Positions 7,280 through 16,766 of a DNA stretch of 47,490 nt are shown here, piece after piece (positions within the stretch are counted from its first letter, which is position 1; the number at the start of each line of letters is the position of its first letter). A program made the translations under genes and the position numbers. Source of the stretch: a bacterium (GTDB taxonomy: Bacteria; Patescibacteriota; Minisyncoccia; Phycocordibacterales; CAIZIN01). The DNA is taken from the NCBI GenBank assembly GCA_031409775.1, contig JANNXY010000041.1:1-47490 (forward strand), read 5' to 3'. The notes beneath the pieces were generated by a model. It was not told the DNA's origin. It did not search any database and was given only the letters and a program-made list of their open reading frames with translations.

Positions 7280-9248
7280 TTTTATTTGATTCAGACTGCA
7301 TTAGCTCAAAATCCAGAGACTTCTTGTCGAGGTCGGCCTTGATTAGCTTCATGCGGACTTTGTCGCCGAGAGTGATCTTGTTACCGGTTTTCTCACCTAT
7401 AACCGCATAGATCTTCTGATCGAGGAAGTAGCTATCGTCTTTCATGTCTTTTAGCCTGATCATACCTTCGGCCTTGGTTTCGTCCTCCTCGACATATACA
7501 CCCCATTCGGTCACACCTGATATCACACCATTTAGCTCTGCACCTATTCGTGGTGCCCAGTATTCTACTTGCTTGTATTTGATACTCGCTCTCTCGGCTT
7601 CGCTCGCAGATATCTCGCGTTCGGTAGATGATGCAGCATCTGCGGCAAACTGTGCCACGTCTCCGTTGTCGAACTTCTCTCCATGTAGATATCCGTATAG
7701 GATTCTGTGCACTAGTAGGTCAGGGTACCTGCGGATCGGGGAGGTAAAGTGGGTGTAATATTCGAATCCCAGTCCGAAATGTCCGCTGTTCTCTGTAGAA
7801 TAGATAGCCTTGGACATGGACCTTACACCGGCGGTCTTTATGAGGTTTTCCTCGGGCTTGCCTTCGACTTGCTTGAACAATACATTCAGGTCCCTGCCGT
7901 TTACGTTGCCTTCTTTGTCTGTGGGTAGGTTGTAGCCGAGTGCGCGTACAAGTGATATGAAGTCTTTGATCTTGTCCACATTTGGAGACTCGTGGATGCG
8001 GTACATGAGTCCTTCTATCTTGTCTTTGACATGGGTATCTTTCTCAAATATATACTGTGCAACTTCCCGGTTGGCGAGTAGCATGTATTGTTCGATCATC
8101 TTGTGAGTATCTAGCCTCTGCTTCTTTACGACACTTAGCGGAACGCCTTTATCGTCTAGTACGAACCTAACTTCGTCCTGCTCGAACGATATCGCTCCGG
8201 CTTCTGCGTTCTGTTTGATATAGATCTTGGCGATCTTGTTCATGAGGTTCAGAGTGTCACTATACTCAGCTGCAGGATTATCGATAGATTCCTGAGCGTT
8301 TTCATATGTAAATCTCTTGTCAGAGTAAATGACGGTTTTCGTAAATCTCCTGCTGTAGACTCGGCCACTATCATCGATCTCAAATATCGCACCAAATGCT
8401 AGTCGGTCTTCGTGTGGGTTCAGTGAGCAGATACCGTTCGATAGGGCATGTGGAAGCATCGGGATTGTGCGGTCGACTAGGTATACCGAGCAGCCACGCT
8501 TGCGGGCTTCGTCATCGAGGTGGGTGCCAGGACGTACGTAGTGTGATACATCAGCGATGTGTACGCCGATCTCGTAGTGACCATTCTCCAACTTTTTGAA
8601 TGAAAGCGCATCGTCGAAGTCTTTGGCGTCTTTGGGATCTATTGTAAATGTGAGAGTCTCGCGGAAGTCTTCTCGGTTCTCCATATCACTATCTTTGAGC
8701 GGGAATGCATTTTTCTCGAATTTGTCTGCCTCTGCTGCAACCTCTCCTGGGAATCCAGAGTCGAATCCTTTCTCGAGAATGATAGACTCCATCTCAGTAT
8801 TGTGTTCTCCGGCCTTACCTATTATTTTCACCAGTTTGCCCACAGGGCTTTTCCCAGCTACCCATTCGACTATCTCTACCTGGACTTTGTCACCTTGGAA
8901 TATCTTGGGCAGTCCAGGGGAGAGGAATATATCCGTATACATTTTCTTGTCATCGGTCACTACCCAGACGGCCTTGGGGTCAGATACATCGGCAGTGCCT
9001 ACGAACACGGTCTTGGCTCTGTTTACTATCTTTGTGACTTTGCCTTGGGATCGGTTAAATATCTTTTCTTTGAGTATTTCTACTTCGACTGTGTCTCCGT
9101 GGAGAGCGGTGTTGAGGCTCTCTGTCTGGACCATGATGTCTTCATCTCGGTCGCGTTTTTCGCCCACTTTGGCAAGTGATACGAATCCTACACCTTTGCT
9201 GTTTATGGCTATAGTGCCCTGTACTGTCGTTTCTTGTGATTTATTCAT
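7272..9248 (-). CDS. rnr: Ribonuclease R (RNB family)
   Basis: TFTIDPKDAKDFDDA, GVHIADVSHYV, YTHFTSPIRRYPDLLVHR, C-terminal S1 domain. Confidence 0.97.
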   Translation of the reverse strand: MNKSQETTVQGTIAINSKGVGFVSLAKVGEKRDRDEDIMVQTESLNTALHGDTVEVEILKEKIFNRSQGKVTKIVNRAKTVFVGTADVSDPKAVWVVTDDKKMYTDIFLSPGLPKIFQGDKVQVEIVEWVAGKSPVGKLVKIIGKAGEHNTEMESIILEKGFDSGFPGEVAAEADKFEKNAFPLKDSDMENREDFRETLTFTIDPKDAKDFDDALSFKKLENGHYEIGVHIADVSHYVRPGTHLDDEARKRGCSVYLVDRTIPMLPHALSNGICSLNPHEDRLAFGAIFEIDDSGRVYSRRFTKTVIYSDKRFTYENAQESIDNPAAEYSDTLNLMNKIAKIYIKQNAEAGAISFEQDEVRFVLDDKGVPLSVVKKQRLDTHKMIEQYMLLANREVAQYIFEKDTHVKDKIEGLMYRIHESPNVDKIKDFISLVRALGYNLPTDKEGNVNGRDLNVLFKQVEGKPEENLIKTAGVRSMSKAIYSTENSGHFGLGFEYYTHFTSPIRRYPDLLVHRILYGYLHGEKFDNGDVAQFAADAASSTEREISASEAERASIKYKQVEYWAPRIGAELNGVISGVTEWGVYVEEDETKAEGMIRLKDMKDDSYFLDQKIYAVIGEKTGNKITLGDKVRMKLIKADLDKKSLDFELMQSESNKIT

Positions 9249-9293
9249 ATTCTAGCTATTATATACTAAATTTGGGGATTAGTTGATGGTATA

Positions 9294-12200
9294 ATGTTTG
9301 GCATGCCCGAAGGTATATCAAAACCAGCCTACCAAGAGATAGAATCTCCGCGATTGCTTACTCCCGAAGAGCTTGCAGCAAAGAAGCAGGAGATGTTTGA
9401 TCATATTTTGCAATCATATCCTAAACTGCAGCATTTAAGATTAAGTTTGATTGAAATGGTGGCAGAGCATTCGATAGACGATGCTTTGGTTTTGCTAGAA
9501 GAAGAAAGAAAGGTTCATGGATTTCATAAACATAGAGATTTTTTCTATACCATTCTTTGTACGGGCGCTATCAAGCATCATAAAGTACTTTTTGATAAAT
9601 TAAAAAATCGAGCAAGTGAGTTGCTGGATGAGTTCGGGCACGATGTCACAGAATTGGGTACACCGGGATTAAATGCTATTTGTGGTACAGTTGACCGAGT
9701 AAAAAATATAGTTTTTAGTCAGAGGTCAAGTGATGAACAAGAATATTTTGAAAAGCATATAAGTCCATACTATTCCGAACTTCTTCGTCAGAAAAAGATC
9801 AAACACATAGAAACGGAAATGCCGAAAATGACAGGAGAGGCAGAGCAAACTGATGCACAGGAGAAGGCTATAGAGCTCCTCGAGCAGATGTATCAGATGT
9901 CGCAGGGCAAGCAGAGACCGCTCGATGTGGTATTTGATATAAAGAAAAAAAGTGCAGAGAAAGGACTAAAGAGCGAAATTGCCGAAGCGATGGAAAAGGA
10001 AGTTTACAGTGATGTAGAGGTATTCTGGGATGAGGAAAGCGAAGAGTATAAGGTGAAAGGGAGGAAAGTGGGTAGTGAGAAGTTGGAAGTGGGTAGAAAA
10101 GAAGAAAAGAAAGAAGGGAAAGTGGATTGGGAAAAAGAGCCAAAGATGGAGGTGTGGCCAGGCATAACTAGAAAGATTTTGTTTAAAAGAGATGATAAAC
10201 CGTCTTTAAGGATGCGTGATCAACAAATTGTAGACTTTATAAACAGTAAAGAATATACAGTCATTGATAATGAGGTTTTGAGCAGGAAATTTGCAATGAA
10301 TATCTATGAATGGGTGTATAGTCCAAAAAAGGGTGAAAAAATCTCCCACCTCACCCTCGTCGGCGGCAAACCGGCGTATGTGGTGGAGGATACGAATGGT
10401 AAATTTAATAAGGTGATGGTTGGAGATAAGGAGATTGCTTCCGGTTCAGAATATAAATATGAACGACTATTTGATCTGAGAGGAAAAGTCGTTATTTCTG
10501 GCGTCAATCATTTATCGAGAGCCTTATCTTTTCCTTTTGGGGATGGTTTAATATATTTCGATCCCACACCTGAATCTGTAATTGATGTCCAGCCCTATGG
10601 CACCGATGACTTCGTGGCGGTGGGGTATCTCGATGGGAAGCCGGTTGCTTATACCAAGGACAAGAAATATGATTTGGAACCGAATATAGGGAAGATAAAA
10701 AAGTTAGAAACTAGCGGGATTCCTAAAGTTCTTTTCGAACATGGCTACCAGTTGCTTGATGGAAACCTAGGTTCAAATGATTGTTGCGATTTTTTCGAAA
10801 ACGGATCAGTTCAAACCAATGTAGATAACGCATATACAGTCTGGATGAATGGTAAAAAGCTTTGCAGAATCCCACAATCTGATTGGGAGTATCATTCTAT
10901 CAAAGTAATAGATGGAATTCCTTTTGTCACATTGATGCCTCGTGGTTTAGGAACCTATTTTGTGACTAGGTTGAATACTGATGATGGTGCAAAAAGCTTT
11001 GCAAAAAAACCTTCATTATCTTTCGATGGTGAGCCCCAAATCATCGAGCAGAATGACAAAGTGGTTTTCGCTGGAATGCAGAATGGGGTTTTCAAGACAT
11101 TTGAATGGACCCGCCCTTCATCTGCTGCCTCAGAAGTGGACGGGCAAGAAGCAAAAAAAGAAGAAAAAGGAGAAGGGGAGATATTGGACTGGAGCGATTT
11201 AACGCAAATAAACCAGCAGGTGGGAATAGACATTGCGGTCTTAGAATTGATAAAGAAACCTGACGCTGAAAAGATTTCGTTTTACTTAAATAATCTAGGT
11301 CGAAATCAAAACTTGAAAGAAAAAGCGAAAAATATTCTTTCTCGCAACCCATACATAGCCAAGATGATGACCGGGATGCTACAGCAAAAGCCAGAAATGT
11401 TTCTAGATACCATGACAGCTGTACCGGACAAGACTGACAGGATCTATGTGGATTATCTCTTGGGACTTCTAGTACCCGAACTCCACCAAGCCAAAATGAG
11501 GGAGAGGAATAGCTTGGGGAATAGTTTATATAGTACAAGAGCATATGAAAGAGAAAGCGCCCTCTCACATCTCGTTAGTAATGAGTATTCAGAGATAGCT
11601 GGTGGAGATCCAACGCACGGATTCGACAAAGAAATATTTAGAGTGAATGATAATTCTGGAGAAATTTATGCTACAGGGATTTATTGGAAATACAATCATG
11701 ATTCTGGCAGGTTCAGCAAAATGCCTATTAACTATGATAATACCAGAGTTGGATCTGCGACTGAAATTACAGCAGAAATTCCGATACCGAGCAATATGGC
11801 ACATACCATAAACCTACCACGTAGAATTGGCGCAAATGTGATCAGAGAAAGAGCAAAGATAATTTATACGGATGGTAAAGAAGAAAAGATAGATATAAAA
11901 ATAAACGAATATGGTGAAGACACTGCGAGGGTGGTATGGAAGCCTGGTATGAAGTCACTCGTCTATAGCCAGGAAGTTCCTGATGCTCCGTATATTCCAT
12001 CAGATATCACTGCAGTAGAATACCAGAGGGAAACAGAAGGTATGGACAAGGAACCGATAGTGGAGCTCGCTCCAGAGGACGAATATTTTGTAAAAAGTTT
12101 GGAGAAGATGACGCCCAGAGAGAAATTATATGCAATAGAATATTATGTACAAACTAATTCATATTATGATTTCAAAAATGGTGAAGTGATGCGGGAGAAG

Positions 12201-13052
12201 ATGGGTTTGAAGCCGGATGAATTGGTCTCATTTATGCAGATTCGCGCCAAAGAATTGGGCCATGATACTAAAATGAACAAGAGATACGCCGGAGTCTGCG
12301 ATGATTTCAAGCTTATCACTACAGCACTTATGAGGAGGGCAGGCTTGGCTTCAGGTGCAATAGATGGATCGCGACCCAAAAACGGTGTTGCAACAATAGG
12401 TGATGCTCACGGCATGTCTGGCGCGCTATGGCCAACAGAAAAAGGATTCAAGGTAGTACCTATCGACGGTACTCCAAGTGAAGGCGCAACTCCAGAAGAA
12501 ACCGAAATGCTAAAGGAGATTAGATTTGCTACGCTCGCGGAAAGAGAAAAAAGAGTAGTTGAGTTAGAAAAAGTTGAAGCAGGTGAAGTATTAAAGATGC
12601 TAGATGAGATCGAAGAGAAGTTGGGTGGTGAAAATGGTGATAAGTTAGAAGGGCTAATAAACGGCGAGCTAGAGAAGATGCTCAATGTAGTGCTCAAGCA
12701 TCAGGTCAAGTCCGAGCATGTGGCGGTTATAGACAGGCTGTTTGGCGCGGCGAGGTTCGCGGGCATACCAGTATTTAGTGATGATTTGGAGGATCAAGCA
12801 AAGGTCAGGAAGTATATAGAATCCGAAGTCAGGTCGGAAAACACTCGAAGGAAAAGACAAAGCGAAAGGGTGTTTGCAGGGACGGATCTCTTTGATATTT
12901 TCCATAAATTCCTAGAGAAGCAGGGCGGAGATATGAACAAAGTTGATACTGTTATCAGGATCATGGAGCCAAGTCTGGGCAAGGTGGAGAAAAGGGCTCT
13001 AAAGCTACTATCTAGGTATCTCAAGGCTGAAAAGATGAAGAGATCAGGTTAA
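9294..13052 (+). CDS. Large protein with a C-terminal transglutaminase-like (Cys-His-Asp) domain
   Basis: 1252-aa ORF; YAGVCDDF...AHGMS...PIDGTP spacing fits a transglutaminase-like triad; beta-rich repeat-like middle region. Start may be ATG 9303 because TATAAT (9290-9295) overlaps ATG 9294. Confidence 0.7.
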   Translation: MFGMPEGISKPAYQEIESPRLLTPEELAAKKQEMFDHILQSYPKLQHLRLSLIEMVAEHSIDDALVLLEEERKVHGFHKHRDFFYTILCTGAIKHHKVLFDKLKNRASELLDEFGHDVTELGTPGLNAICGTVDRVKNIVFSQRSSDEQEYFEKHISPYYSELLRQKKIKHIETEMPKMTGEAEQTDAQEKAIELLEQMYQMSQGKQRPLDVVFDIKKKSAEKGLKSEIAEAMEKEVYSDVEVFWDEESEEYKVKGRKVGSEKLEVGRKEEKKEGKVDWEKEPKMEVWPGITRKILFKRDDKPSLRMRDQQIVDFINSKEYTVIDNEVLSRKFAMNIYEWVYSPKKGEKISHLTLVGGKPAYVVEDTNGKFNKVMVGDKEIASGSEYKYERLFDLRGKVVISGVNHLSRALSFPFGDGLIYFDPTPESVIDVQPYGTDDFVAVGYLDGKPVAYTKDKKYDLEPNIGKIKKLETSGIPKVLFEHGYQLLDGNLGSNDCCDFFENGSVQTNVDNAYTVWMNGKKLCRIPQSDWEYHSIKVIDGIPFVTLMPRGLGTYFVTRLNTDDGAKSFAKKPSLSFDGEPQIIEQNDKVVFAGMQNGVFKTFEWTRPSSAASEVDGQEAKKEEKGEGEILDWSDLTQINQQVGIDIAVLELIKKPDAEKISFYLNNLGRNQNLKEKAKNILSRNPYIAKMMTGMLQQKPEMFLDTMTAVPDKTDRIYVDYLLGLLVPELHQAKMRERNSLGNSLYSTRAYERESALSHLVSNEYSEIAGGDPTHGFDKEIFRVNDNSGEIYATGIYWKYNHDSGRFSKMPINYDNTRVGSATEITAEIPIPSNMAHTINLPRRIGANVIRERAKIIYTDGKEEKIDIKINEYGEDTARVVWKPGMKSLVYSQEVPDAPYIPSDITAVEYQRETEGMDKEPIVELAPEDEYFVKSLEKMTPREKLYAIEYYVQTNSYYDFKNGEVMREKMGLKPDELVSFMQIRAKELGHDTKMNKRYAGVCDDFKLITTALMRRAGLASGAIDGSRPKNGVATIGDAHGMSGALWPTEKGFKVVPIDGTPSEGATPEETEMLKEIRFATLAEREKRVVELEKVEAGEVLKMLDEIEEKLGGENGDKLEGLINGELEKMLNVVLKHQVKSEHVAVIDRLFGAARFAGIPVFSDDLEDQAKVRKYIESEVRSENTRRKRQSERVFAGTDLFDIFHKFLEKQGGDMNKVDTVIRIMEPSLGKVEKRALKLLSRYLKAEKMKRSG

Positions 13053-13100
13053 ATTAACGGTAAATTTGACGCTATAACAACTATCTGTTATCATAACCCA

Positions 13101-13403
13101 ATGTTAAAAATTAGATTACAAAGAGTAGGAAGGAAGCACATCCCGGTATTCCGCGTGGTTCTGACTGATTCCAAAAACTCTACCAAAAGCGGCAAATTTA
13201 TCGAAATCCTCGGTTCCCATGATCCTCGCAAGGAGGGCAGTACCGTACTAAATGCAGAAGCGATCAAGTCATGGATGAGCAAGGGCGCCCAGGTGTCTGA
13301 CACTCTTCACAATTTGCTCATAAGCAACAAAGTGATCGAAGGCAAGAAAGTAAACGCTTTGCCAAAGAAAACTCCCCAGAAGAAAGCTACGGCAGCTGCC
13401 TAG
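13101..13403 (+). CDS. rpsP: 30S ribosomal protein S16
   Basis: MLKIRLQRVGRKHIPVFRVVLTDS...GKFIEILGSHDP...W...GAQVSDT. Confidence 0.98.
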   Translation: MLKIRLQRVGRKHIPVFRVVLTDSKNSTKSGKFIEILGSHDPRKEGSTVLNAEAIKSWMSKGAQVSDTLHNLLISNKVIEGKKVNALPKKTPQKKATAAA

Positions 13404-13841
13404 TTATTGCTCGATAACCATCGGAAGATTCTCTGTGTGGACTTCTTCTATATGCTCACCTGTATGAACTAGCTTGAAGTGGTAGAATGGGTTCGACATG
13501 ATAGCTAGCGCGATAGATGTAGATAGTATAGAAACATTTCTAAATGTAATGTTGATCGAGTGGAAGTCAAATATAAATATACCAAGTAGGAGCCCAGATG
13601 CAGCGATCGATGGCAGGAATATCTTCCAGCCTGATATGAGCCACAGACCTATTATGACTTCACCTACACCCCATGTGAGGAGTAGTATGTCATCAGCGAC
13701 CATAGACCGCATGAACCCGGGGAAGTACGCGAGCCATGGATCTGGGTTGATGAATGCAGACACTGCAGCAAAGAGGAATGTGAATGCCACACCGAATCGC
13801 AGGAGAAACCAAACAATTTTTATTTCTTGTGGATTTTGCAT
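13404..13841 (-). CDS. DoxX-like membrane protein
   Basis: LLRFGVAFTFL, GEVIIGLWLISG, FRNVSIL; about four TM helices; start taken at MQNPQ. Confidence 0.7.
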   Translation of the reverse strand: MQNPQEIKIVWFLLRFGVAFTFLFAAVSAFINPDPWLAYFPGFMRSMVADDILLLTWGVGEVIIGLWLISGWKIFLPSIAASGLLLGIFIFDFHSINITFRNVSILSTSIALAIMSNPFYHFKLVHTGEHIEEVHTENLPMVIEQ

Positions 13842-13901
13842 ATGGATAAATATTATCACACGTGATAGAATTATGGAACAGTTATCAAGTAATGAAAAAA
13901 A

Positions 13902-14225
13902 ATGGAAAGAGAACAAGATGCAAAATTTCTAGAATATGTTATCAAAGCACTAGTAGATAATGCTGATGCCGTAAAGATTGGCCGTACAGTGGATGAAATG
14001 GGGGTACTTATGACGCTTACTGTAGACCCTGCTGACATGGGCAAGATTATCGGCAGGCAGGGCAACACCGCCAAGGCTATCAGAACACTTCTCCGCGTGG
14101 TGGGGATGAAAAACAACGCGAGAGTCAATCTCAAGATCAACGAACCCGAAGGCGGCATGAAGATGGAATCCGCTCAGAACGGCTCTAAATCAGTCGACGA
14201 AGCAATGGCGGATTTAAATCTGTAA
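13902..14225 (+). CDS. khpA: KH-domain RNA-binding protein (KhpA/YlqC)
   Basis: DMGKIIGRQGNTAKAIRTLL KH motif; rpsP-khpA-trmD neighbourhood. Confidence 0.93.
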   Translation: MEREQDAKFLEYVIKALVDNADAVKIGRTVDEMGVLMTLTVDPADMGKIIGRQGNTAKAIRTLLRVVGMKNNARVNLKINEPEGGMKMESAQNGSKSVDEAMADLNL

Positions 14226-14256
14226 GATTTAAATCCAATTAAATAGACAACCTGAT

Positions 14257-14290
14257 AAACAAATTCTTTCCTTGCGGAAGAATTTGTTTT
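14257..14290 (+). terminator. Probable intrinsic terminator after khpA
   Basis: AAACAAATTCTT...AAGAATTTGTTT followed by a T-rich tract; a second inverted repeat GGATTTAAATCT-gta-AGATTTAAATCC (14210-14236) spans the khpA stop. Confidence 0.6.
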
Positions 14291-14331
14291 GTTGTAATGT
14301 ATATCTAGAAACAAACAAACCAAAATTAAAT

Positions 14332-14712
14332 ATGGCCAGTGAATTATATCCTGATACCAAACCAGTTTATCCAATAGACTTACCGTTCGATGTGGTCAAC
14401 GCTGCTTTAGCCGAATCCGGATTACATAAAGTTGCAGAAGGAATCTATGCTTTCATCAAAAGAAAAAAAAGTAAACTTAGAGCAAAAGTAATTTACGACC
14501 GAACACTATGGCAACCAGATACAACATTTTCTTCTGGTCATGATCACGAGCTCTATCAAACATTTGAGATGATTATAGAAGCAGATCCTACCAATAAATA
14601 TGAGCTCAGAGCCAGGATTATGCATTTTTTCAAACCCCGTGCAGAGAGCTTGAAAGTTTTGGATTATCCGGTAGGTATTAAGCTCATTGGCCCAGCAGAG
14701 AAAACAGCCTAA
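14332..14712 (+). CDS. Hypothetical protein
   Basis: 126-aa ORF from ATG 14332 between khpA and trmD; no recognised motif and does not look like RimM. Confidence 0.6.
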   Translation: MASELYPDTKPVYPIDLPFDVVNAALAESGLHKVAEGIYAFIKRKKSKLRAKVIYDRTLWQPDTTFSSGHDHELYQTFEMIIEADPTNKYELRARIMHFFKPRAESLKVLDYPVGIKLIGPAEKTA

Positions 14713-14741
14713 TACTGATTCTTGCTGTTGGCATTTTATTT

Positions 14742-15407
14742 ATGACATTTCATGTAGTTACATTATTTCCGACTAGCCTAGACTCATATATAAATGAGTC
14801 TATTTTGGCGCGTGCGCAGAAGGACAAGCTTATTAAAATCAAATTTTATAATCCGCGAGACTTTGTAAAGCCGACCAAAAGCCAAAAAGCAAACGAGAAT
14901 CCCTATCTCCGAGTAGATCACAAGCCATATGGCGGCGGACCAGGTATGATCATTCAAGCGGAACCTATCATCAAAGTTCTGTCCAAAATTCTAAGTAAAA
15001 TAAAAAAGGTAAAGATAATCCATCTAAGTCCAAGCGGGGAAAAGTTCACAACAGAATATGCCAAGTATGCTGCTAAAAAGTATAAGGATATAATCATCAT
15101 CTGCGGTCGCTACGAGGGCATCGATGCAAGGATAAAGAAAATATTTAAGGGAGATGAAATATCAGTAGGGGACTATGTGCTCACGGGCGGGGAGTTGCCA
15201 GCGATGATTATGATAGACTGTATCTCGAGGCAGATTCCTGGTGTCCTCGGGGATATCGCATCACTCGAAGAGTCCCGCGCAGCATCAGCGGATGTCTATA
15301 CCAGACCAGAAGTGATAAAGTATAAAAGTAGAAATTACAAAGTTCCCGAAGTCCTATTATCAGGCAATCATAAACTAATAGAAGAATGGCGAAGAGGTCA
15401 AAGGTAG
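14742..15407 (+). CDS. trmD: tRNA (guanine37-N1)-methyltransferase
   Basis: KPYGGGPGM, LSPSG, ICGRYEGID, ISVGDYVLTGGELPAM, YTRP, VPEVLLSGNH. Confidence 0.98.
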   Translation: MTFHVVTLFPTSLDSYINESILARAQKDKLIKIKFYNPRDFVKPTKSQKANENPYLRVDHKPYGGGPGMIIQAEPIIKVLSKILSKIKKVKIIHLSPSGEKFTTEYAKYAAKKYKDIIIICGRYEGIDARIKKIFKGDEISVGDYVLTGGELPAMIMIDCISRQIPGVLGDIASLEESRAASADVYTRPEVIKYKSRNYKVPEVLLSGNHKLIEEWRRGQR

Positions 15408-15817
15408 GGAAATTCGTCCCCGGCGGATACAGATTGAAAGTAAAAAGAGCAACCCCGGGTGCAGGGCTGGGGCTGTTTGCGGTAGAGGAGATCCCCAAAG
15501 GTAAATGCATCATCGAATACGTAGGCCGGGTGATAAGCAAAGCCGAAGAATACACGATCGTAAGCAAATATTTATTTGAAATACACTCGAGGAAGACTAT
15601 AGACGGCAAGGCCCGCTCCAACACCGCGCGCTATGTGAACCATTCGTGCCGGGCCAATGCCGAGCCAGAGGTGAGGAACCATCGAGTATATATAATGAGC
15701 AAAAGGAAAATCAAACCTGGCGAAGAAATCACTTATGATTATGGCAAGGAATACTGGAAAGAATACATCAAGCCACACGGATGTAGGTGCGAGAAGTGCA
15801 AGGAAAAAATATGGTAA
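15386..15817 (+). CDS. SET-domain protein-lysine methyltransferase
   Basis: GLGLFA, IIEYVG, ARYVNHSC, GEEITYDY, post-SET CRCEKC. Confidence 0.93.
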   Translation: MAKRSKVGKFVPGGYRLKVKRATPGAGLGLFAVEEIPKGKCIIEYVGRVISKAEEYTIVSKYLFEIHSRKTIDGKARSNTARYVNHSCRANAEPEVRNHRVYIMSKRKIKPGEEITYDYGKEYWKEYIKPHGCRCEKCKEKIW

Positions 15818-15826
15818 AATAGCACT

Positions 15827-16681
15827 ATGCACAAACCTACAGACAATTCTCGGGACAAATTTAGTGCGGTGTGGGTATCGCATTCGTCAATGGGGGATTT
15901 CATCAAATGCCCGAGGCTCTATTATCTGCACAATGTTTATAAGAACAGCTCGAGACGCAAGATCAACATCACATCTCCCGCACTCGCGCTCGGTGTCGCT
16001 GTCCACGAAGTTCTGGAACCACTGTCATGGATCAAGTCAGAAGACAGGATGAAGGTGGATTTCAAAAGCGAATTTGATAAGGCTTGGAAGCCAGTCTCTG
16101 GTAAATTGGGCGGCTTCCGGAGTGTCGAGGAGGAAGCCGCCCAGAAAGAGCGCGGTTGGAAGATGATCGAGAGGGTGCTCGCACATCCGGAACCACTTCT
16201 TATTCCTACATTGAGGATGGGGGAGAGTCGCGAAGATCTACCAAATTTCTTCATTACACCAGAAGATAATATTATTTTATGCGGCAAGGTAGACTGGCTC
16301 CAATACAACGCACATGATGACAGCATTACCATACTGGATTTCAAGACTGGCAAATACGACGAGAACGAGGACTCACTACAGCTACCTATCTATACATTAC
16401 TAGTCAGTCATTTCAAAAGCAGACCGATATCAGGTGCCTCATACTGGTACCTCGACCGTGATGATGCTCCCAAACACAAGCCACTGCCCACGAAAGATGA
16501 GGCATTCGAAAAGGTAATAAAAGTCGCTAGACAGGTGGCCGCCACTAGGGCTTCTGGGGTCATGGAATGCCCAAATGGAAAAGAAGGTTGTAGGGAGTGT
16601 AAACCATTCGAAAAGATCCTCCGTGGCGAGGCAGAGCATGTCGGGGTGGGTGGGTATAACCAGGATTTGTATATTATATAA
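15827..16681 (+). CDS. PD-(D/E)XK nuclease (RecB/AddB/Cas4-like)
   Basis: SHSS...CPRLYY, G.AVHEVLE, GKVDWL, ILDFKTG, QLPIY; C-terminal CPNG..GCREC completes a 1+3 cysteine pattern. Confidence 0.88.
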   Translation: MHKPTDNSRDKFSAVWVSHSSMGDFIKCPRLYYLHNVYKNSSRRKINITSPALALGVAVHEVLEPLSWIKSEDRMKVDFKSEFDKAWKPVSGKLGGFRSVEEEAAQKERGWKMIERVLAHPEPLLIPTLRMGESREDLPNFFITPEDNIILCGKVDWLQYNAHDDSITILDFKTGKYDENEDSLQLPIYTLLVSHFKSRPISGASYWYLDRDDAPKHKPLPTKDEAFEKVIKVARQVAATRASGVMECPNGKEGCRECKPFEKILRGEAEHVGVGGYNQDLYII

Positions 16682-16766
16682 GCCTATGCTATAATCTGCA
16701 GGATTGTAATGAATGAGTTATGGGCAATCACATTACCCCTCGCGTGTCTATAATTTAATATTTCAT

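Noticed and set aside
15827-16681. Cas4-like nuclease as the spacer-acquisition factor for the array
   Set aside because: It is 13 kb away among housekeeping genes; such nucleases are common and nothing links it to the array
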